This document shows, one piece after another, positions 50,242-60,148 of a DNA stretch of 64,000 nucleotides. A program made the position numbers and the translations under genes. The first letter of the stretch is position 1. Each line of letters starts with the position of its first letter. This DNA comes from Gemmatimonadota bacterium (GTDB taxonomy: Bacteria; Gemmatimonadota; Gemmatimonadetes; Longimicrobiales; Gaopeijiaceae): assembly GCA_034521595.1 (NCBI GenBank), contig JAXHMG010000003.1:1728001-1792000 (forward strand), written 5' to 3'. The notes under the pieces were generated by a model, which was not told the DNA's origin, searched no databases, and saw only the letters and a list, made by a program, of their open reading frames with translations.

Positions 50242-51846
50242 TCAGTCGACGTGCACGAGCTCCCTGGCCCGCTCGCGCAGCACCTTCTTGTCGAACTTGC
50301 CCGTCGAGGTCCGCGGGATCTCGTCCACCCACACCATGCGGTCCGGAAGCCACCAGCGCGGGAACATCTCCTGGAGCGGGGCCAACAGCTCCGACGGGTC
50401 GGGTGGCTCCCCGGAGTCGAGCACCACGAATGCCCACGGCCGCTCCTGCCACTTGCCGTCCGGCACCGCGACGACACAGGCCTCCACGACCCGCGGACGA
50501 CCCATCAGCGCATGCTCGAGGCGCACGCTCGAGATCCACTCACCACCGCTTCGAATGAGGTCCTTGGTTCGGTCGACGAGCCTGAAATATCCGTCCTCGT
50601 CCCGCGTCGCCACGTCCCCGGTCCGCAGCCAGCCGTCCCTGAACGAATCCGTCGCGTCCCGTCGGTAGTAGCCCGCCGTCACCCACGGGCCGCGCACCTC
50701 GAGCTCACCCGGCGTCAGGCCATCGGTCGGAACCGGGGTTCCGTCGTCCCCGACCACCCGCGCGTCCACGAACGGGAGGGGCGTTCCCTGGCTGGTGCGC
50801 ACATGGAGCAGCTCCGCGTCGGACCAACCCTCCATGCGACGGCGCGGATGCGTCACCATGCCCACGGGGGTGAGCTCGGTCATGCCCCAGCCCGTGAGGA
50901 CTTCGATTCCGAGCTCTTCGCGGTATGCCTCGATGAGCGAAGGTGCGGAAGGTGCGCCTCCAGCGTGGATCCGCAGCCGCGAATGCAGCGACCGCGGTCG
51001 TCGGCGCAGCTCCGCCAGGACCTCCATCCACACGGTCGGAACGCCCGCCGCGAACGTGACCTGCTCCCGCTCGAGGAGCTCCGCGATACGGGCGGCGTTC
51101 GGGTGGGCGCCCGGAAGCACCAGCCCGGCCCCTGTCATGGCCGCAGCGTGTGGAAGCCCCCAGGCATTCGCGTGGAACATGGGGACGGCCGGCAGAATGA
51201 TGTCCCTTTCCGACAGTCCGAAGCCGTCCGGGAGACAAATTCCCAGGGTGTGCAGCGCCAGGGCCCGATGGGTGTAGCCCACGCCCTTCGGCTCACCGGT
51301 CGTCCCGGAGGTGTGGCAGAGCGCGGCGAGCGCGTTCTCGTCGACCGGCTTCCAGGTCGCCTCCTCGGCACGCACCAGGAGATCTTCGTAGGGCTGCCAG
51401 CCCTCCGGTGCTTCACCCGCTTCGGAGAGGCTCACGAACACCTCGATACCCGCGGCCTGCAACGACCTTCGGTCCGCTCCCGCAGCGACCTCCGGATCCG
51501 CGAACAACACCCTCGCGCCACCGTCCCGCACGACCTCCGCGACCTGGCTCGACGAGAGCCGAAGATTCACGGTGTGCAGCACGGCCCCCACGGCGGGAAC
51601 GGCGAAGTAGAGCTCGAGGTGACGATGGGTATTCCACCCCAAGGTCGCGACGCACGCGCCCGGGCCCACGCCGAGCGCGTCCAAAGCGGACGACGCCCGT
51701 CGCGCACGGCGGGCCACGTCGCCCCAGGACCGTCGCGTCCGGATATGGTCCCCCTCCGCGCCCACGACCTCCCCGGAACCGAAGAGATCCGCCGCCCGCT
51801 CGAGGAAATGAACCGGCGTCAGTGGATACGACATCATCCCGCTCAC
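50242..51846 (-). CDS. Medium/long-chain fatty-acid--CoA ligase (AlkK-like)
   Basis: TSGTTGEPKG, PMFHANAWG, GWGMTE, TGD, SGGEWISS and TGKFDK motifs. Confidence 0.9.
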   Translation of the reverse strand: MSGMMSYPLTPVHFLERAADLFGSGEVVGAEGDHIRTRRSWGDVARRARRASSALDALGVGPGACVATLGWNTHRHLELYFAVPAVGAVLHTVNLRLSSSQVAEVVRDGGARVLFADPEVAAGADRRSLQAAGIEVFVSLSEAGEAPEGWQPYEDLLVRAEEATWKPVDENALAALCHTSGTTGEPKGVGYTHRALALHTLGICLPDGFGLSERDIILPAVPMFHANAWGLPHAAAMTGAGLVLPGAHPNAARIAELLEREQVTFAAGVPTVWMEVLAELRRRPRSLHSRLRIHAGGAPSAPSLIEAYREELGIEVLTGWGMTELTPVGMVTHPRRRMEGWSDAELLHVRTSQGTPLPFVDARVVGDDGTPVPTDGLTPGELEVRGPWVTAGYYRRDATDSFRDGWLRTGDVATRDEDGYFRLVDRTKDLIRSGGEWISSVRLEHALMGRPRVVEACVVAVPDGKWQERPWAFVVLDSGEPPDPSELLAPLQEMFPRWWLPDRMVWVDEIPRTSTGKFDKKVLRERARELVHVD

Positions 51847-53630
51847 GCCATCGACTCCCGCGCAGCTTCGGAGATCGCGACGGGGAACAAGAGCGTGAAG
51901 GTCGTGCCTTCGCCGACGGTCGACGCCACCCGAACCTTTCCTCCGTGGGCATCGACGACTCCCTTCACGATGGTGAGGCCGAGACCCGTGGTGCCCCGCG
52001 ATCCATCTTCTTTTTGCCAGTACCGGTCGAAAATGCGCTCGAGCGAGTCTTGAGGAATCCCCGGCCCCGTGTCGGCGACCTCGATGGCGACCCGGCCATC
52101 CCGGACACCGGCGACCAACGTCACGCGTCCTCCCGCGGGTGTCAGCCGTACGGCGTTGTCGAGCAGATTCGTGAGCGCCTGGAGCACCCGATCGCGATCG
52201 AGCCTGGCCCGGAGCGCCGAGCCGCGGACATCGACCGCCAGGTGCACGCCCTTCCGGTCCGCCTGCTCACGGAACAGCGTGACGGCCTCTTCCACGACCT
52301 CGGAGACGTCCTCCAAAGCCCGACGCACCACCAGCACGCCGTCCTGGATACGGGCGACGTCGAGAAGGTCCTCGATCAGGTTGCTCATGCGCGTCGCGGC
52401 CCGCCCTATGATCTCCGCCTGCCGCTTCCGGCCCGCATCGTCGAGGGGAAGCTCGAGGAGGATATCCGTGGCTCCGAACACGACGCCGAGCGGGTTGCGA
52501 AGGTCGTGCGACACGATCGATACCACGTCTTCGCGCTGCCGGATCGCCTCCCGGAGCTCTTCCTCCTTCCGCTGGATCTCGGTCATGTCCGTGAAGGTCA
52601 GGACCGCCCCCCGGAGCTCGGTGCCGTCGATGAGCGGCCGCAGCGCCCACTTCACCGGCAACGGGGTGCCGTCCCGTGTCCGGAGCACATCGACTCCGTC
52701 CGAGTCGGCCGGTTCCCCTTCGGCCAAGGCAGCCAGGACACGCGATTCGCCGCGGTGCCGGGGTGTTCGGTCCGCGCGTTCTTCGTGGAGGGTATCGTGG
52801 ACGTCCCGACCCCGGATCTCCTCCTCGGTATAGCCGAGCAGCTTCGCACCCGCCCGATTGAGGGACGTACACGCACCCTCCAGGTCGATCCCGAGCACGC
52901 CGTCTCCGGTGGCATCGAGCAGCGCATCCATTTCCCGGCGCGCCCTGAGCGCGTCCCGGCGCCGGGCCCAGGCCTCCCGTGTAAGACCCTTCAAGCGGGA
53001 ACCGACGCGGCCCACCATGAACGTGGTCGCGAGGGCCAGGATGGCAAGCGCGATGGTGATGCGGGACTGTCGGGTTCGAGCCTGGGCCATGCGCCGTCGC
53101 CCTGCTCGAACCTCGCTCTGGATCGCCCGATCGAAGAGCTCCGTGGCCCGCTGAAGCGATGCGTACTGGGACCGGCTGGAGCTCAGCGCCGCCGCACGCT
53201 CCTCCGGCTCGTCGAGCGCCAGGACCCGCTGGTTGTCGATGTGCCACCGCGTGCTCGCGGCCGACAGCTCCGCCAGCCGCTCGCGGACCTCCAGATCCAG
53301 GTCGCGGGCGAGCACGTTGAGCTGTTCGTAGACGGTGTCCTCCTCCGCGATCGCGCCTACGTAGGCTCGCCGGAACGAACCGTCTCCCGAGAGCACGAAC
53401 CCCTCGAAACGAGCCATTTGGCGCGAGTTCAGAAGCGACAGGCGCGAGCTCAGGTTGCTCGCCGGCTGAAGCACGTCGTTGATGTGGGTCTGGGCTTCAC
53501 CGACCTGGTTGCCGATGTACGCGGGAAGCGCGGCGAGCGCCACGAGCGCGCCGGCCACGAACCACAGTGCCCAGAGTCCCCGGGCTCGTACCTCGACGGG
53601 GTCGTTCCCGCCTTCTTCTCGTCGGCTCAC
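51843..53630 (-). CDS. Membrane sensor histidine kinase (periplasmic helical domain, PAS, HisKA, HATPase)
   Basis: Two TM helices, a PAS domain, SHDLRNPL, NLLDNA, DTGPGI and GLGL. Confidence 0.92.
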   Translation of the reverse strand: MSRREEGGNDPVEVRARGLWALWFVAGALVALAALPAYIGNQVGEAQTHINDVLQPASNLSSRLSLLNSRQMARFEGFVLSGDGSFRRAYVGAIAEEDTVYEQLNVLARDLDLEVRERLAELSAASTRWHIDNQRVLALDEPEERAAALSSSRSQYASLQRATELFDRAIQSEVRAGRRRMAQARTRQSRITIALAILALATTFMVGRVGSRLKGLTREAWARRRDALRARREMDALLDATGDGVLGIDLEGACTSLNRAGAKLLGYTEEEIRGRDVHDTLHEERADRTPRHRGESRVLAALAEGEPADSDGVDVLRTRDGTPLPVKWALRPLIDGTELRGAVLTFTDMTEIQRKEEELREAIRQREDVVSIVSHDLRNPLGVVFGATDILLELPLDDAGRKRQAEIIGRAATRMSNLIEDLLDVARIQDGVLVVRRALEDVSEVVEEAVTLFREQADRKGVHLAVDVRGSALRARLDRDRVLQALTNLLDNAVRLTPAGGRVTLVAGVRDGRVAIEVADTGPGIPQDSLERIFDRYWQKEDGSRGTTGLGLTIVKGVVDAHGGKVRVASTVGEGTTFTLLFPVAISEAARESMA

Positions 53631-53701
53631 ACGCCCTCACCCTCGTTCTTCCGGCGTGCCGGCGGACCGTCCCGTACCGGTCCGTCCGACCGCCTGAGTC
53701 G

Positions 53702-54169
53702 TCAGCTCCCGGCGAGTGGGGCCAGGCTCACTTGATCGAGTACAGGCACGTTCCATGCCTCGCCGCCATCCACGGACTCGAACCCGTTCAGCGTCAGGAT
53801 GTACGCCACGATATCGACATACCGCTCAGGCGGGAGACTGTTCGGGGCGTCCTCTGGCATCGTGGACGCCGTCAGGCGATACAAATCCTCGGCGGTACGG
53901 TTCTGCCACCGGCGTCGGAACGCGCTGTCGCTGAACTCTCCGGACGCATGGCACGCCGTGCACGAGGCCAGGAACGCGTTCTCTCCCCGTTGGGCCTGCT
54001 CCGCCGGCACGGCCGACACGTCGGTCCGCGCTTCGGCGGGTGCGTCCTCGGGAGCGCCGTCACCGACGTCGGGCGAGACCGTGCCGGTATCTCCGGTGGA
54101 CGGAGCAGTCGAGCAGGAAGCGACAACCAGCACGGCAACCAAGGGTGGAAGCTTCGGCAGAATACGCAT
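53702..54169 (-). CDS. Monoheme cytochrome c lipoprotein
   Basis: Lipobox VVASC, CTACH heme motif and a distal Met (TMPEDAP). Confidence 0.85.
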   Translation of the reverse strand: MRILPKLPPLVAVLVVASCSTAPSTGDTGTVSPDVGDGAPEDAPAEARTDVSAVPAEQAQRGENAFLASCTACHASGEFSDSAFRRRWQNRTAEDLYRLTASTMPEDAPNSLPPERYVDIVAYILTLNGFESVDGGEAWNVPVLDQVSLAPLAGS

Positions 54170-54272
54170 CAACAGGTCGGTGTCGAGAATGAGCAGGACG
54201 TTCCAGCGGAGGAGTCGTAAGATGACCGACTCGGAATCCGCACGGCAAGCGTTCCCCGTGGGAGGGGGCGCA

Positions 54273-55463
54273 TCACCCGCCGCCCGAAGGGGATCGTCGA
54301 CGATGGAGCGCCTCGACGAGATCCGCGAGCTCGGTGAATCGGTCCGGATCGGACACGTCCAGGACCGGACAGGCCGCCTCGAGCGTCCGGTCGTCGGTGA
54401 GCACCGCGAGGTATGCGTCCTCGGCGCCACCGACGTCCGTGCCGTACAGCGGTTCTGGATGAGCCTCCGTCCGGAACACCTCGATGCGCGGAGCCCCCGA
54501 AGCCTTGAACCCCTCCGCGACCACGATGTCCGCGTCTCCGAGGTGCCGTGCCACGAGCGTTTCCAGGGACGGCTCCCTCCGGTCGTCCTCTCTACCCCAC
54601 CCCCCCACCACCGCGAAGCCCTCCGGGCCGACCAGGGCCACGCGTGACGCCTTTCCCTGGTGACGATGTCGCCACGAATCGGTGCCTTCCCGGTCGAGGT
54701 CGAAGCCGTGCCCGTGCTTCACCGTCATCACCTCGTAGCCACGAGAGGCCAGCTCGGACACCAGCCCCACCACGGTCGTGGTCTTCCCCGACTTCTTCTT
54801 GCCCACGACGCACACCACCGTAGGATCCCCCTCGTCACTCGCGGAGCCGGCCCCTCGGGAGACGCGTCGACCGGTCATCACGCCTGGCTCGCGCTTCACC
54901 GCGTGGAGGTCGGCCGTGGTGTTGACGTTGGTCGGCACCGGACCCGGCGAGGGCATGACGCCGCCATCCACTGCCTCGAGGAGCCGATGCGCGCCCCGGA
55001 CGCCGGAATCGAGGAGCCGGACGGCTTCGTGAGCGCATGCGGTCCGGTACACGGCGCAGAGCGGCTCGAAACCCGGCTTCCCGACACGTTCCAGCGCCAC
55101 GGCCCGGTGCTCGCCGAGCGTGTCCAAGAGCCGTCGCACGAGATCCTGATCCACATCGGGGAGATCACAGGCCAGAGCCACCACCCGACCAGCCCCCGTC
55201 CGCTCGGCGTGCCGAAGCGCCGACTCCAGTCCCGCGAGCGGGCCGGCTCCGGCTCTCAGATCCGGGATTCGGACGCGGCCGGCTCCGTCGTGCTCGGGGC
55301 GGGAAGACACGACAACGACCTCGTCGCACACCTCGCGCAGTGTACGAACCGCTCGATCGAGCAGGGTCACGCCACCCAGCTCGGCGAGCGCCTTGTCCGA
55401 GCCGAAGCGAGTGCTTCTCCCTCCGGAGAGCACCGCACCCAGCGTGCGTCCACCGGACGTCAC
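54273..55463 (-). CDS. mobAB: MobA-MobB fusion (molybdenum cofactor guanylyltransferase plus MGD biosynthesis protein B)
   Basis: N-terminal LSGGRSTRFGSDKA, GPLAG, ACDLP and NVNT. C-terminal GKKKSGKTT, VKH, DSWRH and EGFK. Confidence 0.85.
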   Translation of the reverse strand: MTSGGRTLGAVLSGGRSTRFGSDKALAELGGVTLLDRAVRTLREVCDEVVVVSSRPEHDGAGRVRIPDLRAGAGPLAGLESALRHAERTGAGRVVALACDLPDVDQDLVRRLLDTLGEHRAVALERVGKPGFEPLCAVYRTACAHEAVRLLDSGVRGAHRLLEAVDGGVMPSPGPVPTNVNTTADLHAVKREPGVMTGRRVSRGAGSASDEGDPTVVCVVGKKKSGKTTTVVGLVSELASRGYEVMTVKHGHGFDLDREGTDSWRHRHQGKASRVALVGPEGFAVVGGWGREDDRREPSLETLVARHLGDADIVVAEGFKASGAPRIEVFRTEAHPEPLYGTDVGGAEDAYLAVLTDDRTLEAACPVLDVSDPDRFTELADLVEALHRRRSPSGGG

Positions 55464-56305
55464 GCGACCCGTGCTTCCCCGGCATAGACGTTACACCCCC
55501 CGTTCCGCGCGAATCCCACCAACGTATGACCGAAGCGGTTGGCAAGCTCCACAGCCAGTGTGGACGGAGCGCCCACCGCGACCATGATGGGCACCCCGGC
55601 CATCACGGCCTTCTGGACGAGCTCGAACGACGCCCGGCCGCTCACGACGAGAATCGTCTCGGAAGCCGGTAGCCGGCGCGCGAGAAACGCCGCCCCGAGA
55701 ACCTTGTCCACCGCGTTGTGCCGGCCCACGTCCTCGCGAACGTCGAGACACGAGCCGTCCGGTTGGAAGAGCCCCGCGGCATGAAGCCCTCCCGTACGGT
55801 CGAACGCTTCCTGACGGGCACGAAGAAGGTCGGGGAGCTCGGGGAGGAGGTCCGCGCTCACCCGCGGCCCGTCGGGCAGGACGGTGCACCCGAGCGTCGT
55901 GACCGCGTCGAGGGATGCCTTCCCGCACACGCCACAGCTCGACGTTGCGTAGAAGTTTCGGCGCATCCGTTCGGCGTCGAACGGGACGCCGGGCCGTAGC
56001 CGGGCTTCCACGGTGTTGTACTCCTGAGCCCGGTCGCCCCTGCAGTACGTGAGTCCCGCGAGGTCTTCGGCTTCGCTCACGACGCCCTCTCCGTGAAGGA
56101 ATCCGGCCACGAGCTCGAAATCCTCGCCCGGCGTCCGCATGGTCACGGCGAGCGGCTCGGTACGCACTTCCCCGTCTTCCCCGACCCAGGACAATCGGGT
56201 CTCGAGCGGCTCTTCGATGACCAAAGCGTCGCGGGCCCGGTCCTTCACGCCTTCGCGGTACCGGGTCACGCGCATGCCCCTCGTGGAGCCACGGTTCCCG
56301 ATCAT
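55460..56305 (-). CDS. fdhD: Formate dehydrogenase accessory sulfurtransferase FdhD
   Basis: EEPL, MRTPG, SSCGVCGK, TGGLHAA and EDVGRHNAVDK motifs. Confidence 0.95.
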   Translation of the reverse strand: MIGNRGSTRGMRVTRYREGVKDRARDALVIEEPLETRLSWVGEDGEVRTEPLAVTMRTPGEDFELVAGFLHGEGVVSEAEDLAGLTYCRGDRAQEYNTVEARLRPGVPFDAERMRRNFYATSSCGVCGKASLDAVTTLGCTVLPDGPRVSADLLPELPDLLRARQEAFDRTGGLHAAGLFQPDGSCLDVREDVGRHNAVDKVLGAAFLARRLPASETILVVSGRASFELVQKAVMAGVPIMVAVGAPSTLAVELANRFGHTLVGFARNGGCNVYAGEARVA

Positions 56306-56309
56306 GGCG

Positions 56310-57464
56310 TCAACGGTCCGACGCGTCCGCCTGGATCGCCTCGATCTCGTCCCGGACATCGAGGAAAACGTCCAGAACGTCGGGATCGAACCGGGTCCCC
56401 TTCTCCTCCCGCATCATCTCGATGACTTCATCGTTGGGCACGGCCGCGCGGTAGGGTCGGTCGAAGGTGAGCGCGTCGAAGAAGTCGACCACGGTGCAGA
56501 CCCGCGCTTCGATCGGGATGTCCGCCTGCGCCAGGCCTTCGGGGTACCCGGTGCCGTCCCACTTCTCGTGGTGTGCGAGCGCGATCCGCTGCCCCATCTG
56601 GATGACGGGTGAGGTCGACCCCGCGAGGATCTGGCCGCCGATGGTCGTGTGGGTGTTCATCACTTCCCGCTCCTCGTCCGTGAGCGGTCCCGGCTTGAGG
56701 AGGATCTGGTCGGGAATGCCGAGCTTCCCCACGTCGTGCATGGGCGCCGCATGCCGGATCGTGTCGATGAGCCCCGGCGCGAGATGCATGGCGCGCGCCA
56801 CCACTTCGGAGTACCGGCCGATCCGCTCGATGTGCCCGGCCGTGTCGTGGTCCTTGTACTCCGCCGCCAGCGTGAGGCGGTAGATGGTGTCGAGATGTCC
56901 TTCCTGGATCCGCCGCTGCGCCGCGGTGACGTCCTCGAGCGCCTTGCGAAGCTCATGGGTGCGCCGCTCCACCGTCTTCTCCAGGTTGGCCTGGCTCTCC
57001 AGGACGCGGTCCTGAGCGGCCTTCAGCTCGAGCAGCCAGTGGAGGCGGAGCCGGAGCTCCATGTGATCGACCGGCTTGTTGATGAAGTCGTTGATGCCCA
57101 CTTCGTACGCTCGAAGCCGATCTTCACGGGCCTCGAGGCCCGTCACCATGACGATGGGCAGGTCCTGGGGCGTGCGGCTTTCCCGGATCTGCCGAGCCAC
57201 GTCGAACCCGTCCATGTTCGGCATGTGCGCGTCGGTGAGCACCAGATCGACGCCCAAGGCGACTTTCGCGAGCGCCTCGATGCCGTCGGCCGCGACTTCC
57301 ACCGCGTACCCGAAGCCACGCACGTATTCCGCGTGCAGGGTTCGCGCCATCTCGTCGTCATCGGCCACCAGGATCGTGAAGGTCCGCTCGGGAGCGGCTC
57401 GCCGCTGCGGGCCGCCACCGGGCATCGTGTCCGCGCCGGTGGAAAGAGTGGAGTCGGACGTCAC
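56310..57464 (-). CDS. Response regulator with HD-GYP phosphodiesterase domain (RpfG-like)
   Basis: REC domain (ADDD, D.MP, KP), HDVGK and HHEKWDGTGYP. Alternative ATG at 57425. Confidence 0.93.
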   Translation of the reverse strand: MTSDSTLSTGADTMPGGGPQRRAAPERTFTILVADDDEMARTLHAEYVRGFGYAVEVAADGIEALAKVALGVDLVLTDAHMPNMDGFDVARQIRESRTPQDLPIVMVTGLEAREDRLRAYEVGINDFINKPVDHMELRLRLHWLLELKAAQDRVLESQANLEKTVERRTHELRKALEDVTAAQRRIQEGHLDTIYRLTLAAEYKDHDTAGHIERIGRYSEVVARAMHLAPGLIDTIRHAAPMHDVGKLGIPDQILLKPGPLTDEEREVMNTHTTIGGQILAGSTSPVIQMGQRIALAHHEKWDGTGYPEGLAQADIPIEARVCTVVDFFDALTFDRPYRAAVPNDEVIEMMREEKGTRFDPDVLDVFLDVRDEIEAIQADASDR

Positions 57465-57551
57465 GTGAGCTCGGTAGATGGGTGCACGAATCTCACAAGC
57501 TATGCGCTCCCGTGTCCGGAGGCCAAGAACCTCTTACGCCGCTCGACGGAC

Positions 57552-58049
57552 TCATCGCCCGTTCGCCGCTTCCCACGCCTCGACGAAGTCCGCGGCGCAT
57601 TGCTCGCCGATCGAGTACAAACGGTGCATGTCCTGGACCGGAGTCGTGCCGATCCAGGTCTGGTGCCACGTGATCGCCGTCGCGCCGTCCGCTCCGAACG
57701 GCTCGTGGAGCTCGATCCGGGCGGCAAACGTGATCATGCCGCTGTCGTAGACGGTCTCGACGCGACAGAGCAGGAACCGCTCCGCTTCGCTGTCGAGGGG
57801 CACGCCGAAGTCCGACAACGCCTGCTCGAACGTTTGCGCGACCGCATCGTGGAACTGGGGCTCGGTGGCGCCGCCGGCCGTTTCCGTGATCAGCTCGTCC
57901 CAATCGACGTACGCTCTCACGGCCAGCGGAGCCGACCCCTCCAAGCGCGTGGGGTCGCCGAACGGCTCCTGAGCCGCCACCGGGGATCCCACCAGGTGCA
58001 CGAGCACGACGCCCAAGAGACCCAGCGCGGCTCGCAGAGAGATCCACAT
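57552..58049 (-). CDS. Hypothetical exported protein
   Basis: Signal peptide MWISLRAALGLLGVVLV...AAQ and an upstream AAGGAG. Confidence 0.6.
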   Translation of the reverse strand: MWISLRAALGLLGVVLVHLVGSPVAAQEPFGDPTRLEGSAPLAVRAYVDWDELITETAGGATEPQFHDAVAQTFEQALSDFGVPLDSEAERFLLCRVETVYDSGMITFAARIELHEPFGADGATAITWHQTWIGTTPVQDMHRLYSIGEQCAADFVEAWEAANGR

Positions 58050-58147
58050 TCGTCTATGACTCCTTCGCGGAGGTCGGGACAGCGACCGGGCACGAACGGC
58101 AGATGGGCGAGGATACCCGCGTGTGCCGGAGGGCGTTCCGGTCGGAC

Positions 58148-58795
58148 TCAGGGCGGCGTTCCGCGCGGCTTGTGGAACAACGCCACGTTCGTGCCCGGCC
58201 GTTCGAGGGTCCACCCGTGCCGGTCGGCGATCCACCGGAGCGTCTCCGGCGCGTAGAAGCACACATGGGTCGGGTCCCGTACGTACCACCAGTCTTCGAA
58301 CACGACGTCGTCCGTCAGCACGCGGGTCATCACGCCCAGCCAGCCGCCGCCGCGCAACAGACCGTCGAGGCGAGCGAACTCGCGGCCGGGCTCGAAGAAG
58401 TGCTCCGCGGTCTCGGTGCAGGTGACGAAATCGTAGCTCCGCTCGAGAACCCCCGTGTCCGGTGCGAAAAACGGGTCGTACACCGACATCGTGAAGCCAC
58501 GCTCTTCGAGCATGACCGACAGGGTGGGCCCGGGTCCCGACCCGTAGTCGAGGCCTTCCGCACCGGCCGGCAGGCGGGTGACGAGCGGCGCGCCGAGGCG
58601 GTCCAGGAAGGCGCGGTAACCCGGATCGGAAGGATCGTTCTCGTGGGTCCGGTACCGCGCCCGCTCCTCGGACGCGGTGAGCCGGAAGCCGGGGTCGAGG
58701 AACACGAGCGCGCAGGTGGCACAGCGGTAGTAGGGGCGCTCTCCGAGCTCCCTGAAGGGACCGGCCTCGTCCCCACCACAGAGCGGGCAACTCAC
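58148..58795 (-). CDS. Class I SAM-dependent methyltransferase with N-terminal Cys pairs
   Basis: CPLC/CATC, LDYGSGPGP motif I and WWYVRDPTHV. Confidence 0.85.
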   Translation of the reverse strand: MSCPLCGGDEAGPFRELGERPYYRCATCALVFLDPGFRLTASEERARYRTHENDPSDPGYRAFLDRLGAPLVTRLPAGAEGLDYGSGPGPTLSVMLEERGFTMSVYDPFFAPDTGVLERSYDFVTCTETAEHFFEPGREFARLDGLLRGGGWLGVMTRVLTDDVVFEDWWYVRDPTHVCFYAPETLRWIADRHGWTLERPGTNVALFHKPRGTPP

Positions 58796-58874
58796 CGTGC
58801 GTTGCCCACGTCCGCGCCGCCCTCTACCCTGTGTGCTCGCATCCTTCGCTCGTACTCCCGGATCGGGTAAGTCC

Positions 58875-59138
58875 ATGACTGCCTCCAACCTTCCTCGTCT
58901 CCTGACCCTCTGCGCGGCACTCGTGCTCGCCGCGGGCTGCGCGCCGGACTCCGAACCTAACCGTTCGGCCGTCGCCCTCGACGGCGTCCCCACGTTCGCT
59001 CCGGATCCGGCCTGGCCGGCTCCCCTCGCGGAGCACTGGATCGTCGGTCCCGGCACGGGGATCTACGTCGACGAGTCCGACCCCGGCCGGCGGTGGCAGA
59101 AGTTCAGCTTCACCGGTACCGAACCCGCCGGGAACTGA
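58875..59138 (+). pseudogene. Internally deleted NHL-repeat/beta-propeller lipoprotein remnant
   Basis: Lipoprotein signal, then PTFAPDPAWPAPLAEHWIVG..GIYVD joined directly to a terminal-blade-like ESDPGRRWQKF. Confidence 0.55.
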
Positions 59139-59151
59139 CGAGGAGGCCGGC

Positions 59152-59721
59152 ATGCCATCGGACGCCACCGCGAATCGCTACGGAGCCGTCGCCCGCGCCT
59201 TTCATTGGGGCACGGCGCTTGCCGTTCCGGTGATGTTGGGGGCGGGCGTCCTGATGACCAGCGAGCCGCTGGAAGCGCTGGCCGACCCCCTGTACGTCCT
59301 TCACAAGGGACTCGGCAGCGTCCTCCTGGCCGTGGTCGTGTTGCGCGTGCTTTGGAGGCTCACGCACCCCGCCCCCCGACTCCCCTCGGTCGTGCCGCAG
59401 CTCCAGCGCCGGATCATGGGGATGACCCACGTCGGCCTTTACGTGCTCCTCGTCGTGATGACCGTGAGCGGCTACATCCGCACGGTGGGCGACGGCTTTC
59501 CCATCGAGTTGCTGGACGTTCTGGGGGTGCCTCCACTGCTTCCCCCCATGCCGGAGGCGGCACAGCTCGCGCTCGTGGTACATCAGATCACCGCGTACCT
59601 GTTGACCGCGCTCGTCGCCGTGCACATCGGGGCGGCGGTGCACGACGCGCTGTTCGACCGGAAAGGCGTGTTCGGGAGGATGTGGCCCCCGTGGCGTGCA
59701 TCCGACGCTACGGGGGAGTGA
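59152..59721 (+). CDS. Cytochrome b561 family protein (YceJ/CybB-like)
   Basis: RYGAVARAFHW, HKGLG, and H…H…H in four TM helices. GAGGAGG RBS. Confidence 0.9.
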   Translation: MPSDATANRYGAVARAFHWGTALAVPVMLGAGVLMTSEPLEALADPLYVLHKGLGSVLLAVVVLRVLWRLTHPAPRLPSVVPQLQRRIMGMTHVGLYVLLVVMTVSGYIRTVGDGFPIELLDVLGVPPLLPPMPEAAQLALVVHQITAYLLTALVAVHIGAAVHDALFDRKGVFGRMWPPWRASDATGE

Positions 59722-60148
59722 CCGCCACGGGATATTCGAGCTCGTAAACCTCCTCCGACCCGTCGTCCACTCTGCCCCGCACCACCACGACCACCTCTCC
59801 GGCGTCATCGAACGAGATATCGACCGTGTGCGCGATCGTTTCGTCGCTCGGGATGCACCCGAGCCCGGGGCGCGGAAGCAGGTAGCGGTCGTACGGAGTT
59901 ACACGGACGGTATCACCGGCCATCTCGAGCTCGGTGTCGTCACGCCGCACGCACGCCCCACCGACGGTTCGGACCCTGACTTCGAACGGTTCCGAGGCCC
60001 GAGCCGACGCCGGCACGCGCACGTCCGGCTCCCCCTCCACCTCGTGGATCACCCCGATCCGTCGGTCCTCCAACGGCTCGGACGCCCCGCATGCGAACAG
60101 GGTCAGGAACACGGCCCCGACCGCGCCACCGGTGAGCCGGCCCTTCAC
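59708..60148 (-). CDS. Hypothetical lipoprotein
   Basis: Lipobox LFAC. GTGA overlap with the upstream AI-2E gene. Confidence 0.6.
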   Translation of the reverse strand: MKGRLTGGAVGAVFLTLFACGASEPLEDRRIGVIHEVEGEPDVRVPASARASEPFEVRVRTVGGACVRRDDTELEMAGDTVRVTPYDRYLLPRPGLGCIPSDETIAHTVDISFDDAGEVVVVVRGRVDDGSEEVYELEYPVAVTPP

